Positions 1-13,659 of a stretch of 64,000 nucleotides of DNA are shown here, in pieces. Each line of letters starts with the position of its first letter. Positions within the stretch are counted from its first letter, which is position 1. The DNA is from Gnetum montanum (lineage: Eukaryota > Plantae > Gnetophyta), in NCBI GenBank assembly GCA_015680685.1, contig MNCI01002197.1:62243-126242 (forward strand), written 5' to 3'. The notes beneath the pieces were generated by a model. It searched no databases and had not been told where the DNA came from. It saw nothing but the letters and a program-made list of their open reading frames with translations. A program made the translations under genes and the position numbers.

Positions 1-870
1 GTCTTCATGGATGACTTCTCCACCTATGGAGCTACATTTGAGCAAGCCCTAGACCACCTTGAGCAAGTGCTAAAATAGTGTGTTGAAACCAACTTATGGC
101 TCAATTAGTAGAAAAGTCACCTCATGATCTAGGAGGGCATTGTATTGGGGGACAAAATATCGCAAGAAGGAATTGAGGTGAACCCTGAAAAAATAAGGGT
201 CATCCAAGGATTAACCCACCAGCCAGAAATAGTTAAAGATGTTTGATCATTCCTTTGACATAGTGGCTACTACCAGCACTTCATAGAGAATTTCTCTAAC
301 ATTGCAAAGCTGTTGGTAGAGCTAACAGAGAAAGATGCTACGTTTGTTTGGACCTTAAAAGGTGAAAAAGTGTTCTAGCAACTAAAAGAGAAGCTTGTAG
401 AGACTCCAATCCTACAAGCACCTGATTGGTCTAGATCATTTAATATTATAATAGATGCATCAAATTATGCCTTGGGAGTTGTGCTGACATAGTTAGATGA
501 CAAGAAATGACCATACTGCATCCACTGCGCCAGCTGAAGCATTGTCGGTGCACAACTGAACTACACCACCATAGAGAAAGAATTGATGGTTGTGGTGTTC
601 ACTCTAGAAAATTTTAGGTACTATGTGCTTTGATATAAGGTATTTGTGCACACTAATCATAGTGTCATCTGCTTCCTAATGAACAAGCCAATGGTGAGCC
701 CCCATGTCATACGGTGGCTAGTGATCTTGCAAGAATTTGATCTCACGATGGTAGATCGAAAGGGCACTAAGAATGTGGTTGCTGATTACTTATCTTGATT
801 GCTATGGGATGACAAAGAGGAAGAAAGCCCATTATCTAATACATTTCCTAATGAACTTCTCTTTGTTGTC
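1..870 (+). pseudogene. Athila-like Ty3/gypsy pol remnant (RT C-terminal half + RNase H), many in-frame stops; integrase missing
   Basis: Frame +1 reads VFMDDFSTYG...GIVLG.KISQEGIEVNPEKI; RNase H motifs IDASNYALG, NYTTIEKEL, NVVADYLS; stops are TAG/TGA at Q/R/W positions. Confidence 0.9.
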
Positions 871-1771
871 CATCTATGCTTTCCATGTCTCACCTCACTG
901 CCAGTTTCATGTGTTGGTTCAATGTCCTAGTTTGATGTTCGGAATTCTTAGTTAGTTTCTTCTGGGTTTTTGTACTTGAATTCTATAACCATTAATCATC
1001 CACGGAGCCCACGAACTCTTTGGTTTGAAGTTATGCAAGGGCATAAAATGCCTATGCCTAATTTGGGGAGGAACCCACTTGCATATCTTTTGGTTGGGTT
1101 AGTTAAGTCCTTTACCCTTAGATACTCTTACAATAAAATTCTTTTTGTTTATTCCATCAATGACATCTAGTTGTACACATCTTCATAACAGTTTAAAGTG
1201 AAGTCTTCTTTTCATTGTTGTGAATTCTTATACCCTCTTCAACTATTTCCTTGTGTTGAACTCTTTTGAATCTCATGGACCACTAATCTATTTTACCCTA
1301 ACACTATCAAAGAAACCAATCTACCATAATCACAAACTAGCCAAGTGTAACCACTAGTGAGATAAGGCATTTAATTACTATGTGTTACACATTACATACT
1401 AATTCATGATCCTATTATGATTGCAGTGGAAAGCATGGACTAGAAGCAGGACTATCTTCACTAAGGATGATGTAGTAGTACCACACAATGAGGACTGTTT
1501 GTGATTGAAGGATCTCTTCTCTCTCTATCATTCTCATGTTGCTAAGAGGTGTTGGATGCTAGTGATATCCAGGGTTCACTTCTCTTTTCATGAACATCCC
1601 ATTTTGTAAAAATTGTAATTCCATATACTTGGGCACTCAGAGTTTTTTTGTTTTATTTGAGTCAATTTGTAAGGTCAGTTAATAATCCCATACCTACCCA
1701 ATATATGTTGTAACAAACTTGTTCCTCCTCTTTTTCACTTGAGGATGAGTTTTCATTCAGTCATGGCGGTA

Positions 1772-2589
1772 TGATGAACCATTGTTTTGTGTTGACCTTG
1801 ACATTAGGTACGTGACATCGAAGCTGTGATGTTGCATACATAACATCGGGGTCTTGATGCAACATCACATAAGCGATGTCAGAGCATCTACCCTAGGTCT
1901 ATAAATACTGTGCTTAGGCTCTCATTTGGAATCAGTTTTTAGTCATTCTTAGTCAGAGTAGTGAAGCTCTTATAGTTTATTTTCCTCAGAGTTGGAATAT
2001 TTTTTGAGTGCCCATAGAAGGAATCTAAAGTATGTACGGTCCTTTGTTTGAGCACTGATGTACCTAAGCATAGAAGTGTGATGGGAATAAAATGAACTCT
2101 TCTGACAATCCTTGCAGCATTGAGAATAGCTTAATATTTCCTTTAATGCATTTTACTTTCTTGTTCTTTATTTTAATGCATTTGAATTAACCAATTTATT
2201 TTCAATAGTTAATGAATGTAAGTATGGCTACTTTGAGCATTCATATAGTACTTGGTAACTCAACAATGCTTAACACTTGGTAGCCCAGCAGTTAGGCTAG
2301 CTAGGCAGTAGACATTAGTTTTCTATCTACTCTACCCTTATTCTTGTTGTAGGCGATTACATCCATAAAATATAAAATGACAAAAATTCATAAACCTCAA
2401 TTACACTTAAACCATACACTTGAGCCTCACAAGTGTGGTTGGGAAGACAATGAATGTTCTCAATATCATTTCACTTCCAAAAGAAACTAGTGTACGAGAT
2501 AACTATAGGTCCATGAAATTTGACTAGATTGTGCACAACACCTTAGTGATTCGTATGGTTGGGTGTAGGGGGTACCTCATTGCTCATTA
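1772..2589 (+). repeat. Athila-family LTR (3' LTR of the element at 1-870)
   Basis: Starts TGATGA after an Athila-type 3' motif (cttgaggatgag...atggcggta); TATA ctataaata near 1899; end gggtgtagggggtacctcattgctca is the reverse complement of the ends of the LTRs at 4715, 12075 and 13034. Confidence 0.7.
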
Positions 2590-2599
2590 ATGTGTATGT

Positions 2600-4582
2600 T
2601 CATGGCACAAGTGGTATTTTTCCATTGATGTTGTGATGCTAATCTTTCTTGTGTTGTTGGTTGTGACATATGTTGGAGGGAAGTATGAGAATATTGAGGA
2701 TGTGATAGAGGATAAGAGGTTTGAGATGGTAATCCCACATGCGATGTTGTGGGTTGATGATATTTGGGAGAGTGGTAGTAGTGATTTGAGGTAGAGGAAG
2801 TAGAACCATTTAGAGAAATAGGTTGTTGAACATAATATTCATATGGGTCTAGCTAGCAATAAGGGTATTACGGGTTTGATGATGACATCTCCCACAACTA
2901 TGGGTTTTGCCATTATGATTGATAGTAGTGTTGAGGCTGATAAGAAGTCCCACTAGAATAGTATGGTTGGTTGTAGGGCTGTCTATAATTACCTTGTAAG
3001 TAATATAATTTCCTAGGAATCTGCTTTTGTACAAACTTGGGATTCAAAGCAAAAGTACCAAACTCTTGTAGATGTAACATAATTGGGAAATAGCCCTTTG
3101 GATGGTCATATTGGCATCTATCACATCCATCATCCTCTTCTATGGTTTATTTTATAGCCTCTTCTACTACAACTATTTTTCCTTTTTTCTGATAAGTGTT
3201 CCTACCTATTTCTTTGGTCTTTTTCTTCTTCTTATTTTGTTCACTAGATCATTTTTATGTACCCTCTCCTCTATGTGTTTTATGTAGGTTGTAACATTTT
3301 TATTCAACAACTCCCACAACTTATCTATCCTTGCTTCAAGCTTAGCAATAGACTTTTGTATTGGTAAGGTTTGTTGTGAAATCACCTCCTCAAGAGCTAC
3401 CTCTTTTCTCTCATCATAGATATGGACCCTCTTCATTTAAAGAGCTCAGTCCCAGTTATATTCCTCTTCATTCTTCCTTTTACATAACTCTCCCTCTTCT
3501 TTTTCCATCTATTTGATTAGCCTTTATGTTTGATGGGCTTTTAATTTTGATAATCAACCTTGGGCATAGATCCCAAGGGTCTCCCTCATTTTATTATGAA
3601 GCCCATCTATGATGTGGAAAAGCTTTTCTTTTTGAGAAAAATCATGACCTAGACATCTATGTAGTAGAGAATAATATCTATCTAAGGCCACATCTAAGGA
3701 TTCATGATTTCCTTGCTTCCATCCTTGAATTTGTGTTCTCATGTTGGACACTCTTTCATAGGTTTGGAATTTTTCATTGAAGAGTTCCAACATCATGGAC
3801 CACCGATGTATTGAAATTGATTTTAATGATCTACACCAACTTTTAGCTTCTTCTATTAGCATCCTAGGAAAGAGCTTAAGCTTTTGGCACTTATGTTTGA
3901 TATTTTGCAAGGTTCAGGCATCATGATAGGCTTATAAATGATGTTTTGAATTAGACTTATAGCCTCCCCTAAATTTAGGAATTTTTTTCATATCAAGCCA
4001 TTTGATGCAGCTTTCCCTTTGATACCTTTGAGGTATTTGAACTGCCTCTCTAATCTATGTCATGCCCCTAGTAGCCAACAAGGGTTCATCAGCATCAAAC
4101 ATGTCATGGTGATAACCTTCATATTTATTTCTCTAATTGCACTAATCTTGTTAATTCTCATTTTGATGTCTTTCATCTTGTCCTTGCATTCTATTTCTTT
4201 CTTCATCTTGATCCTTTAGTGGAGCACTATCTCTATACCTACGTTCATCTTTGTTAAAATTAGATGTTGAAGAGGAAGAGGAAGATGGGGAATTGGGAGA
4301 ATTGCCATGGCTTCTATATCTCCCCCCATGGTCCCTTGATTTATCTTTTTTAGGTTTAGAGGAGGTCCTAGGCCTTGAGGCCCTCTTTGTTCTAGGATGT
4401 ACTCCATCTTCTCTAGTATTTTTTGCATTAGTTGAACATAGTCCCTAAGTGTAGTAAGGATATAAATGAGCATATGAAACCCCTTATTAAGGTTGCTCAC
4501 TTAAATCTTTTTCATCCTATCATTTTTTCTACTAGTTTTCTCATCATGTGATGCATTCTTGGCCCTATGTGAAGAAGACATG
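2600..4582 (-). pseudogene. Athila-like gag (retrotransposon gag domain), decayed and 3'-truncated
   Basis: ORF 3554-3910 KLKLFPRMLIEEAKSWCRSL...W..MLELFNEKF...QIQGWKQGNHESL; lies downstream of a PBS and LTR on the minus strand. Confidence 0.8.
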
Positions 4583-4695
4583 GTTTTATTTAATAATATG
4601 TGTGACTTAAAATATTAATATTTTTTGAAAGATAAATCGTTAATACTTTTACAACAATTGTTTATGATATAACTAATCTTGATAACTAGCATCAT

Positions 4696-4713
4696 TCCCT
4701 AGAAATGGCACCA
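4696..4713 (-). promoter_or_regulatory. Primer binding site, Athila tRNA-Asp type (degenerate)
   Basis: Reverse complement tggtgccatttctaggga resembles TGGCGCCGTTGCCGGGGA and abuts the LTR end. Confidence 0.7.
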
Positions 4714-4714
4714 A

Positions 4715-5556
4715 TGGTGAGTAGTGAGTATAGCCTATGTTCAACCATACGAATCACAAGTGTTCATGCATGATCTAGTGAAATTCCATGGCTGGGACTG
4801 GTTGTGGCATCTAGATTATTAAGCATTGATCACAAGATTTTGTCTCCCCACTTGGACTAGTGGTAGCTTTATCACATATGATTTAGTCCAAAGTGAGGCA
4901 TATAATAGTTGATGTTGTTGTAGCCTTATGCTAATCTTAACAATAATAGAGATTAACTATTTAACCTCATTAAAAATAGGAAGATAACTTCTGTCTATTC
5001 CCAACATGTTGTACATGTTCTGAATTCATGTATCCACTACTAGCATTACCAAGCATTATGCTACTGGGTGAACCGAGAAATAATGTTGCTGGGATTATCA
5101 AGCGAATACATGTTTATGCTTGAAACTTGTGACACTCATTCTATTGATTGATTAACATGCATGGAAATGTAAATATTAACTAAGTAAATGGAAAGTAAAA
5201 TACATGAAAATTAAATCTATTCTAAGTCAAAGTGTTGCAATGAATATGAATCAATCTAGATCTTATTGACATTCATAGAATGTGTCTAGGTACAATGCCA
5301 CTCAAATAAGATGTCATACAATTGACTTAAATCCACATTTTAGGCACTCACTGACAATTTCTTAAAATCAAAAAATAAAATTGCAAGAGTCTAGCTACTA
5401 AACTGACCAAAAGGTGCTTCATATGTGGTGGAAGCTCACATATTTATAGGTGAGGAAAGACGCTATGTAGATGCATATGCATCGATGCATCAATGCATGC
5501 ATCGATGGGGATGTGTCAATGCATGCTCATTGACACATCCAACTAATGATTCATCA
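4715..5556 (-). repeat. Athila-family 5' LTR
   Basis: Minus strand starts TGATGA (tcatca 5551-5556), TATA (tatttatagg about 5441), ends CA next to the PBS; homologous to the other Athila LTRs in the window. Confidence 0.75.
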
Positions 5557-6296
5557 ATGTCTCCAAATATGTTTTGCTTGAGACATCTTCACTCTACAGA
5601 AGATGTGTTCTCTCAAACTAATACATCTCCTTTGAGCTTCAAGATGTCTTCTATGATGACTCGACTCTCGACTAACACATCTCCTTGACCTTCAAGACAT
5701 CTCTATGGAGCCCAAAATCTACAAAATACACACATAGAGAAGAGAAATGGGATTAGAAGAGGTGTCCCTACACCACCCCACCATGTCAATAGAATCAAAA
5801 TTATCAAAAGATATTATATTCATTTCTTAACTAATAGTTGGAAATGGATTCTTAGGAATTAAAATATCTTGAACATGTTGTTCATTTTGAAGATTTGACA
5901 TGTAATTACTATTAGATGGATTTCCTTAATGTTTTTATTATGAAAAACTGTTTAAAAATCATATGAATTAACTATATGATTTTGTGAAAATTGAGGAACA
6001 TATATATGTTTTTCCTTAGTTATTGAAGACTTTTTTGAAATTGATTTCATTAGAACCTTCCTTGAAGATAAATTTTGTTAAAAAATAGTAAAAGAAAGAG
6101 GTAGGCTAACTATTGAAATATCAACAAAAGAAATCATTGTAAGATTTATAACATCTATAGAAAAAGGCTTAGTAGGATCTATACCATTTGAAGAAGAAAT
6201 CTTTGTAGCATTTATAGTAACTTATTGTTGACATGCTTGCATTGCCTTTTTACATGTAATCCTCTTGATGATAATGCTAACATGACTTTGGAAGAT

Positions 6297-8199
6297 TGAA
6301 ATACCATAAAATTTTAGGACCCTCATGCTTCAGTAGGGTTTTGGAATTTAGGTGAGGACTTCCACAAGTGCAATGTCATGAAAGTTCAGCAGGAAAATGT
6401 AGGCGCTAAGGTTGGACTGTCTAGTCTAGCAAGTTTTCTATCTCCAAAGCTGACAGGCCCGCTGGACTCTCTAGCATGCCCAACTAGACAATTGACCCGA
6501 TTGACAGTCTACCCAGAAACTATGCTAAGAGTTGCCGAAAGTGTTTGGGATGAGTAAAACAGTTCGACAAGTTTTCTAGTAAAGAAGTTTGCTACGTTGT
6601 GCTACGCTATGTAGTGTAGCAAGCTTTGAAAGATAGCTGCTTAAGAAACCAAGTGCTAAGTGACAGAATGATTGCAAAACAAGTCATCAACGTAGGATGG
6701 TACGCTATGTAGCATAGCACAACGTAGCAAAGGAAAAGCAAAAAGGCCCGTCTTGCTAAGTAATTCTAACCAGAAAGTTGCACTTGGTAACACCTTGGCC
6801 TCCAAAACCGGTTGCCCTGCTTAGCCCTCAGGCCTCAAGAAAAAATTCCTTACTAAAAAATGGTGGATTGAACAAAAAAGCAAGATATGCTCGCTGCTAC
6901 GCTATGCTATGCTACATAGCGTAGCACAGCATAGCAACAATGCAAAAGCAGGAAAAGCGTTTTAAACATGAGTTCAGAGAGTTCAAAATCTCTCTAGCAT
7001 GAAGGACAAAAGTTGCAGTTGTTAGTATGAGTAAGCCTTAAATGAATGCTTTTTAGCTTCAATGCAAATTTTAGTCAAGACCAGTAGCTACGCTATGCTA
7101 CGCTACATAGCGTAGCACAGCGTAGTAAGCAACCAACTACTTATGCTACATCAATGTGTTCAACAACGTGAGTAATTCAACACTGGCATGGAAGCATCAA
7201 GACATCTTTGAGTAACTCTAGGACTTGTTGACAAAATCTTCCTCACTCTGGCATCTCCTCAACGAAATCAGAAATTTTACTTCATCTCGCATTCCCCTGG
7301 TCAGCTCCCAAAACATTATTCCTATGCTTGACCCTGCTTGTAAGGGTAGGGAAGACGTAGTCCTAGAGCATAAACTCCATTTTGCTCACATTGTTAGCAC
7401 ACTAGATCTTGGCACATGCAGTTCCAGCGGTATGGTCACAGTGTAACAAAGTTCACATCCAGCATCACCCAACTACATGCTATAGACATGATGGCATCTT
7501 ATGGGTTCCATGACACATGGCATCCAATCCACATATCTCTCCTACTCCTGGCCCTATAAATACCTCGGCAAAAAATGCTCGGGAGGTTGGAAAAAAAAAT
7601 TTGGATTGTTAGCAAAAAATTTGGTTAGCTTTTTTGTGTTGATAAGAGTAGTTGGCTGGTTGGCTTCTTGGAAAATAGAGTTGGATTTTAAGTTGGCTAT
7701 CAGAAGACATAGTTGGCATTTGCTTGAGCATTCTAGTTATCTTTGAGTTCTCTAGTTGGCTCTAGACATCCCTTTGTGAGTCAAGCATTTTGACATCTTA
7801 GCAAATAGATTGGCAAGCAGAAGAGCTATGACTATACCGCTCGGTCTAAGCAGTGTCTCCCCAGCATTGCATAACATATTGTACACATTTCAAACAAGGC
7901 AAAGAACTAAATCTGTGACCTTGGGGTGGTGCATTTTCTCACCTGATTTTGTTTTGCTATTTCCTCATTATAATCATTATTTTACATTATTTTCGCTGTC
8001 TTGCATTTATTGATCATCGGTTTAGCTCACGTTTATGTAAGGTTAAGATACACAGACTAAGTTCCTATCTAATCAACCAGACCATTCAGGGTGCCCTGCT
8101 TTCATTTTTCTCCAACACGGCCCTCGCCCAGATTAGGGATTAAATTGTTCACCCGATAACCTCTCAATGTTCCAGCCACTAATGTTTTCAGTCGTTACA
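6297..8199 (+). repeat. Tat/Ogre-type 5' LTR (element Tat-1)
   Basis: Starts TGAAATACCA as in the other Tat LTRs (TGAAACACCA), TATA cctataaata about 7553, ends gtcgttaCA followed by a PBS. Confidence 0.8.
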
Positions 8200-8204
8200 A
8201 TTTT

Positions 8205-8221
8205 TGGCACTAGAAGGAGGG
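8205..8221 (+). promoter_or_regulatory. PBS complementary to plant tRNA-Asn(GUU) 3' end
   Basis: tggcactagaaggaggg versus TGGCGCTAGAAGGAGGG; the same motif follows the 5' LTRs at about 15724 and 37991. Confidence 0.75.
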
Positions 8222-8510
8222 CCTTTGATGCATTTTTTGCATCTTATGGGTAGTCCTGCATGCTCTCTATACCCCATCATGCACTAGCATAAACATGACA
8301 TCCTTTTTGTGGTTTTTTACGCATTGTGTGGTGCAGACTGGTCACAACGACGGTTCCTTTGGAACCTGACAGGATGAAAAGCCTCCCATCTCCCATCAAT
8401 TTCCATGTTTCTAGTTTGCGATCTTTCCCTTTTTACCATGCAAGATGATTCCAAAAACGACCGCTGTTTCCACCTCAAGCCTTGAGGCTACTTTTCCAGC
8501 CCAAAGCACC

Positions 8511-11500
8511 ATGGATGCTGAGCAGCCACCTAGCCCGATGCTGGCATCACACTAGTCTCTTAGGATTCAATATTTGTCCACCTAGTTCTTGGCATAAGAC
8601 ACAGAGCATTATGACTTTATCTATGCCAAGATCCAGGCAGATCTTCCCCTAGACCACCACCAAGAACTCGAGCACAAATGTAGTTTTGAGTTCCTTTATC
8701 GGAACGGGAGGGAGTTTGTCCCTAACCCTGATGTTGTCATCTCCCTGATGGAGATGTATCAGTGGATCTTTGATTAGTTGCTATGAGTCAGTAAGCCTAG
8801 GGAGCAGGACATGACATCCCATTATGATGAAGCATTTCAGGATGGATAGGAAGATCTGGACTCCTAGTCTAAGGGGGATGGCCATACTTATCTTGTGACC
8901 ATCCCTCCCACTACGGCCTTCAGGTCAAACCTGCTTTTCGCAATGGCTCCCTTTGTGATTATCATGAATCTGCCTTAACCCTTGTTTTGATTAGCCATGG
9001 GTAGCCATCCTACACCCTCAGCATATCAACATGCACCTCCCTCAGTTTCATACATAGGCACTCTCCCTCCTCATTCTATCCTGTCCTCGTACCAAGCGTC
9101 GATTACACCTACGTTTCCCTACATACACACCGCGCCTACTTCACAGCTACCCGGAGCCTCTGCTCCTATTTCATCATCTGCATCTATTCCATCATCAGCG
9201 ACAGGTTCAACCCCAACCGCATGGTGGACCTCGGCTACTTCGCTCCCACTTCACAGCCCCACCAAATGTCACATTACCCTTACCACCAAGCATATCAAGT
9301 CCCGAAGGCATCACAACCAAGCAAGGGACTATGGCTCGTTCCATTGGTCATGCAAATGACTAACCTTGCAGAACCACCAACTGCAGTCACTCCAGTTGCA
9401 CCACCCACTGGGTGGTGGACCTCACAAATAACACCCTTCATAAGGGCAGCCCCAACGGCCCCCCCTATGAGCCAGGCTACTACCCTTACTACGTCACAAA
9501 CGATGGTTGCCCCTACAATCCCACAACCGTTTGTGTTGTCTCCGGGTCTGGATCAAGTGTTTCAACTTATCCAAACCCTCACTAAAGAGGTTAAACACCT
9601 TAAAGCTACTGGTTCTGACACAGTGCATGTCATGGATTTCTACCATGACAACCCCATCATCCTGGCGGTTCCCATGCTTGCATTACCTCATGGGATGTCC
9701 CTTTTCCACTTCACAAAATACAATGGGGAGGGAAATCCCAATGCGCATTTGGTCACATTCAAATCAGAGTCTTTGTTGCTACAATCGTGGCTACATACCA
9801 TTATTTGTGTCTTTGCCATGTCTTTGACGGGCAAAGCTCTAGACTGGTACCGCGCGCTCATGCGTGCCTCCATCTTAACACTGGAGGAGCTCCTGACCCA
9901 ATTCGTAACTCGTTTCAAGTATAACTTGAAGCCTGAAGTCACATTGAATCAGTTGATGGAAGTTAAGCAAGACCCACTGGAGTTGGTACAATGGTTTATA
10001 CAGTGGTGGAGTGCCACCTTGAATGAGATCCGTGAGCCTATCACAGAGGCCCATTTGCTGGCCATCTTCAAAGGGGCAGTAAATGATTTCATCAAATCCA
10101 AGCTGTATTACCTGGCTCCATGCTCTCTCAGTCAAGATTTTTCCTAGAAAAAGAGCATCCAAGATGCAGCTGAGGCTAATAAAGACCCAGCCTATGTTGC
10201 ATACAAGAATGCATATACTAGAAAAGACAAAGACAAGGGAAAATTCGCAATGGCCACGGTAGCTATCGTGGTGAACTAGGCAAAGCCCAACAACAACAAC
10301 AATAACTAGACGGTGGCCACAATGGAAACTAATCCTATGCCTAGCCCAAGTAATGTTGCCCAATCTTCCACATCGGCACTAGAGGTACCCACCTTGGCTA
10401 AATTAAAATTCAAGTGTAAAGATCGCTTTAAGTACACCCCTCTACCTGTCAAGCCTTCAGAACTTCTGAAGCAATTGTTGGGGGTTGGGTACATCCAACA
10501 TAAGTAGATGTCCAAGGAGGCAACCAAATGGCATTAGCAGTACTACGAGCTCCTTAGGAACCCCTCTTTGGCTATGCCCAATGAGTTACCAGTTCCTAAG
10601 AACTTCTGGCTGGAACGGTTTTGTGACTACCACCAACTTTGTGGTCATGACACGGATTACTGTCTAGCCTTAAAAGATGACATTCAACGGATGATTGATT
10701 AAGGGAAGTTGGTGTTGGACGAAAGAAACCCTATCCGCAGTAAGAATCAATCCATGCATGTTTACAAATACCCCCTTAACACTAACAACGTGGGGTACAT
10801 TATCAACACAATTAATGTAGACGGTAATCTGGACTCGCCAATTCAGTCGTTTGTGGTTCGTGTACCTCAACGTAGCGTAGCGACACCAACAACCACAAAA
10901 AATATGCCGAAACAGCCATTTGTTCTTAAAGTTCCTCCTCGGACATCCACCCCTACACCCTTTGCACTCAAAACTACACCACCACCCGCACTAACACCGC
11001 AAACACCATTCGCCATTAGGGGGTCAAAATACTCAACTACCCCCATCCCACAAAACCAACACAAGACAACATCACAGCCTTCCCATTCAAGGAAACGGGA
11101 AGGGCATCCAATAGATGAAATGACCAAGGAATGTACTACCCTAGGTCCTTTCAAGCCTATCCCTTCATCCTCCGCATCTACGTCAGCCTCATTACCAAAA
11201 GTTAATGCCACTATGCACGCGTGATCATTGCGACCTAGCCCAAAAGGGTCTAGCCCAAAATCTGAAACTGCTCCTCCTTGAGAAATTTGTTTTCTAGGAT
11301 GAATGGAGGAGGAGACGGGTGGTAAGCAACCAGAAAGTGGATGGGACCTTCTAGACATCCTTACTTAGGTCTAACAGGCTCTGAAACAGAAGAACACAAC
11401 CTTAAGCATGTACAATCTAGTAATAACCTCTACTACACACCGCGAGGCTTTGGTTCGTATGTTAGCATCCATACTAGTTGACGAAAACATGCTGGAAGAG

Positions 11501-11545
11501 GAGAAAGCAATCCATGCGGTTATGCTCCCTACTACACCCTTCTTT
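8511..11545 (+). pseudogene. Tat-type gag (N-terminal domain, capsid-like, CxxHxxxxHxxxxC knuckle, Pro-rich linker), truncated before the protease
   Basis: KYNGEGNPNAHL..F, FAMSLTGKALDWY, FVTRFKYN, VKQ; FCDYHQLCGHDTDYC; homologous to the gags at 16354 and 38495. Confidence 0.88.
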
Positions 11546-11549
11546 TCAT

Positions 11550-12911
11550 TTTGGTTCAACAAGAATAAGGGGTTAGTGAACCATTTACCCTTTGTAGCTT
11601 CATGGTGCTTCTCCTAGTGTCAATCACTTTTGCATTATGTTTCAATGGGATGGTAGTCCTAATAGTCATGATCTTGCACAATGTATTTGTCATGAAGATC
11701 CTAGATGTCCAACCTCTTAAGAGTTTGGAGCAACATCCCAGGAACAAATCAATTAGGAGACAACACAACATTACCTTCCATATCTCTCCACCACAATTGT
11801 TCATCCTGATGTAAGATGCAGGTGAAATCAATTACAAACTCATTTGGATGAGTGTACATCACTTTGAATTCTTGGGGCACTAGTGATTTTGATTCATCAT
11901 GCTTGTGAGAAGAAGACATTATATATTAAAAGAAATATTCAATGTGCATTAATTATAATTATAATTTTTATTTTTCAAATGATTGCAACTTTAAGGTTTG
12001 TTCCAACAGTCTCAAATAATATTCACTAAGTCATAGATAGCACACATATCAAACTACAAGTCCTTAGAAATGTGTGGCAAGTAGACCCTACACCCAACCA
12101 TATGAATCACTAAGCGTTCATGTGTGATTCGGTCAAATTCTATGAACTTGTAGCCTTCTAAGTACATTAGTCTCTAGGAAGTAAAACTAACCATTACAAT
12201 CATTGTCTTCCCAATTACACTTGTGAAATGCAAAGGTATGGTTAAGTGCAATTAAGGCATATGATTTTTGTCATTTTTATGTTTTATGTTCTAAGTTGCT
12301 TAAGAATAAAGAACTAAAGATATTTAATTGCTAATTTAATCTAACTAGCTAATATTTAATTGGTCCTAGCATAAGCATCCATTCCCACTTGTCGTATACA
12401 TCCTAAACACTTAACGCTACTAGGTTACCAAGCATTAAGCATTACTAGAATTACCAAGCATCAAGCATATGCTCAAAGTGATCATACTTATGTGCTTGAT
12501 TTATCACTATTTAATCTATCTTAATTTAGCTTAATTTATTACTTAATTAATTATTTAATCACTTAAAGCATTAAAGGAAATTGCATAAAATACTAAATGC
12601 ATAAAGGAAATCTTGTCTTTATCGCTGCACATACTATCATGCTCAAGTATAATAATGCTCGAATAAAGATTCATACATTCTATGACTTCTACTGCAAGCA
12701 CTTAGAAAAATATTCTAACTTTCAAATAAGAGAATTGTAGTTGCTTCACTACAACTATGAGACTTATGCCCTAAATACAGTTGGTAAGTGCATATTTATA
12801 AGTGAAAACAAACACTACGTTGATGGGGCCATGTCAATGCACCAAATCCCATTTCAATAGGATTACATCGATGAGGTCATGTCAATGAGGCCTTGTCAAC
12901 ATGACTCATCA
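11550..12911 (-). mobile_element. Athila-family 5' fragment (LTR about 12075-12911, PBS remnant, leader/gag start) truncating Tat-1
   Basis: tcatca end at 12906-12911; cctacacccaaccatatgaatcac LTR motif; tccttagaaatg PBS remnant; gaagaagacat start as at 4571-4582. Confidence 0.65.
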
Positions 12912-13659
12912 ATGGCCCTTGAGCTGCAATCTTGCATACTTTAATTGTTTAGGGCTAAAAAAATACCTCATAATTTGCTAGTACATTACTTTTTGAGTGA
13001 AAAAAGTAATTTCATGGCTATATTTTAGATTGGTGATAAGCGACTAGGTACCCCTACACCCAACCATATGAATACGAGTGTTCACGCATGATCCGGTCGA
13101 ACTCCATGGACAGGCTAGTTGTGGTATCTAGATAGTTACACATTGATCGCAGTTTGTTGTATTCCCACCTAGACTAGTATTTGCTTTGTCATGTATGGTT
13201 TACTCCAGCGTGAGGCATATGACATGAACCTAAACTACTGCTACTCCTAGAGACAATGGAGAATAATATTGATTAAACTAATGAGTAATAGGAAATGAAT
13301 TCTAAGCTAACCTAAGTGTGATGAGCATCCATTCCTTAATCATTTGTATATGTCTTGGACCTCGTGCACAACTACTACTGGGATTACCAAGCGTAGATCC
13401 TAGGTAAAACACCACAAAATTCTGAGCTTAGTACTTCTCGAATAAGAATCGAGCTAAGTCATGATGCTCCCTAGCATGACTGAAGCTTGAGGGCCTCACA
13501 GACAACTTCAAACGAAGTCAAACTCAACAAGAAATGGTCCCCTAGGACCCACAGAATACTACAATGACATCTGGCATCAAACCTGGCAAATCTTGAGCTC
13601 AAAATACTTGGTTTTCACTAACTATGCATCCTGTACGATGGCCTACACATGCCCAACAT

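Noticed and set aside
5557-6296. AT-rich spacer, and likewise 35340-36548 and 55477-56530
   Set aside because: Probably old TE debris, but no termini or protein motif I can support
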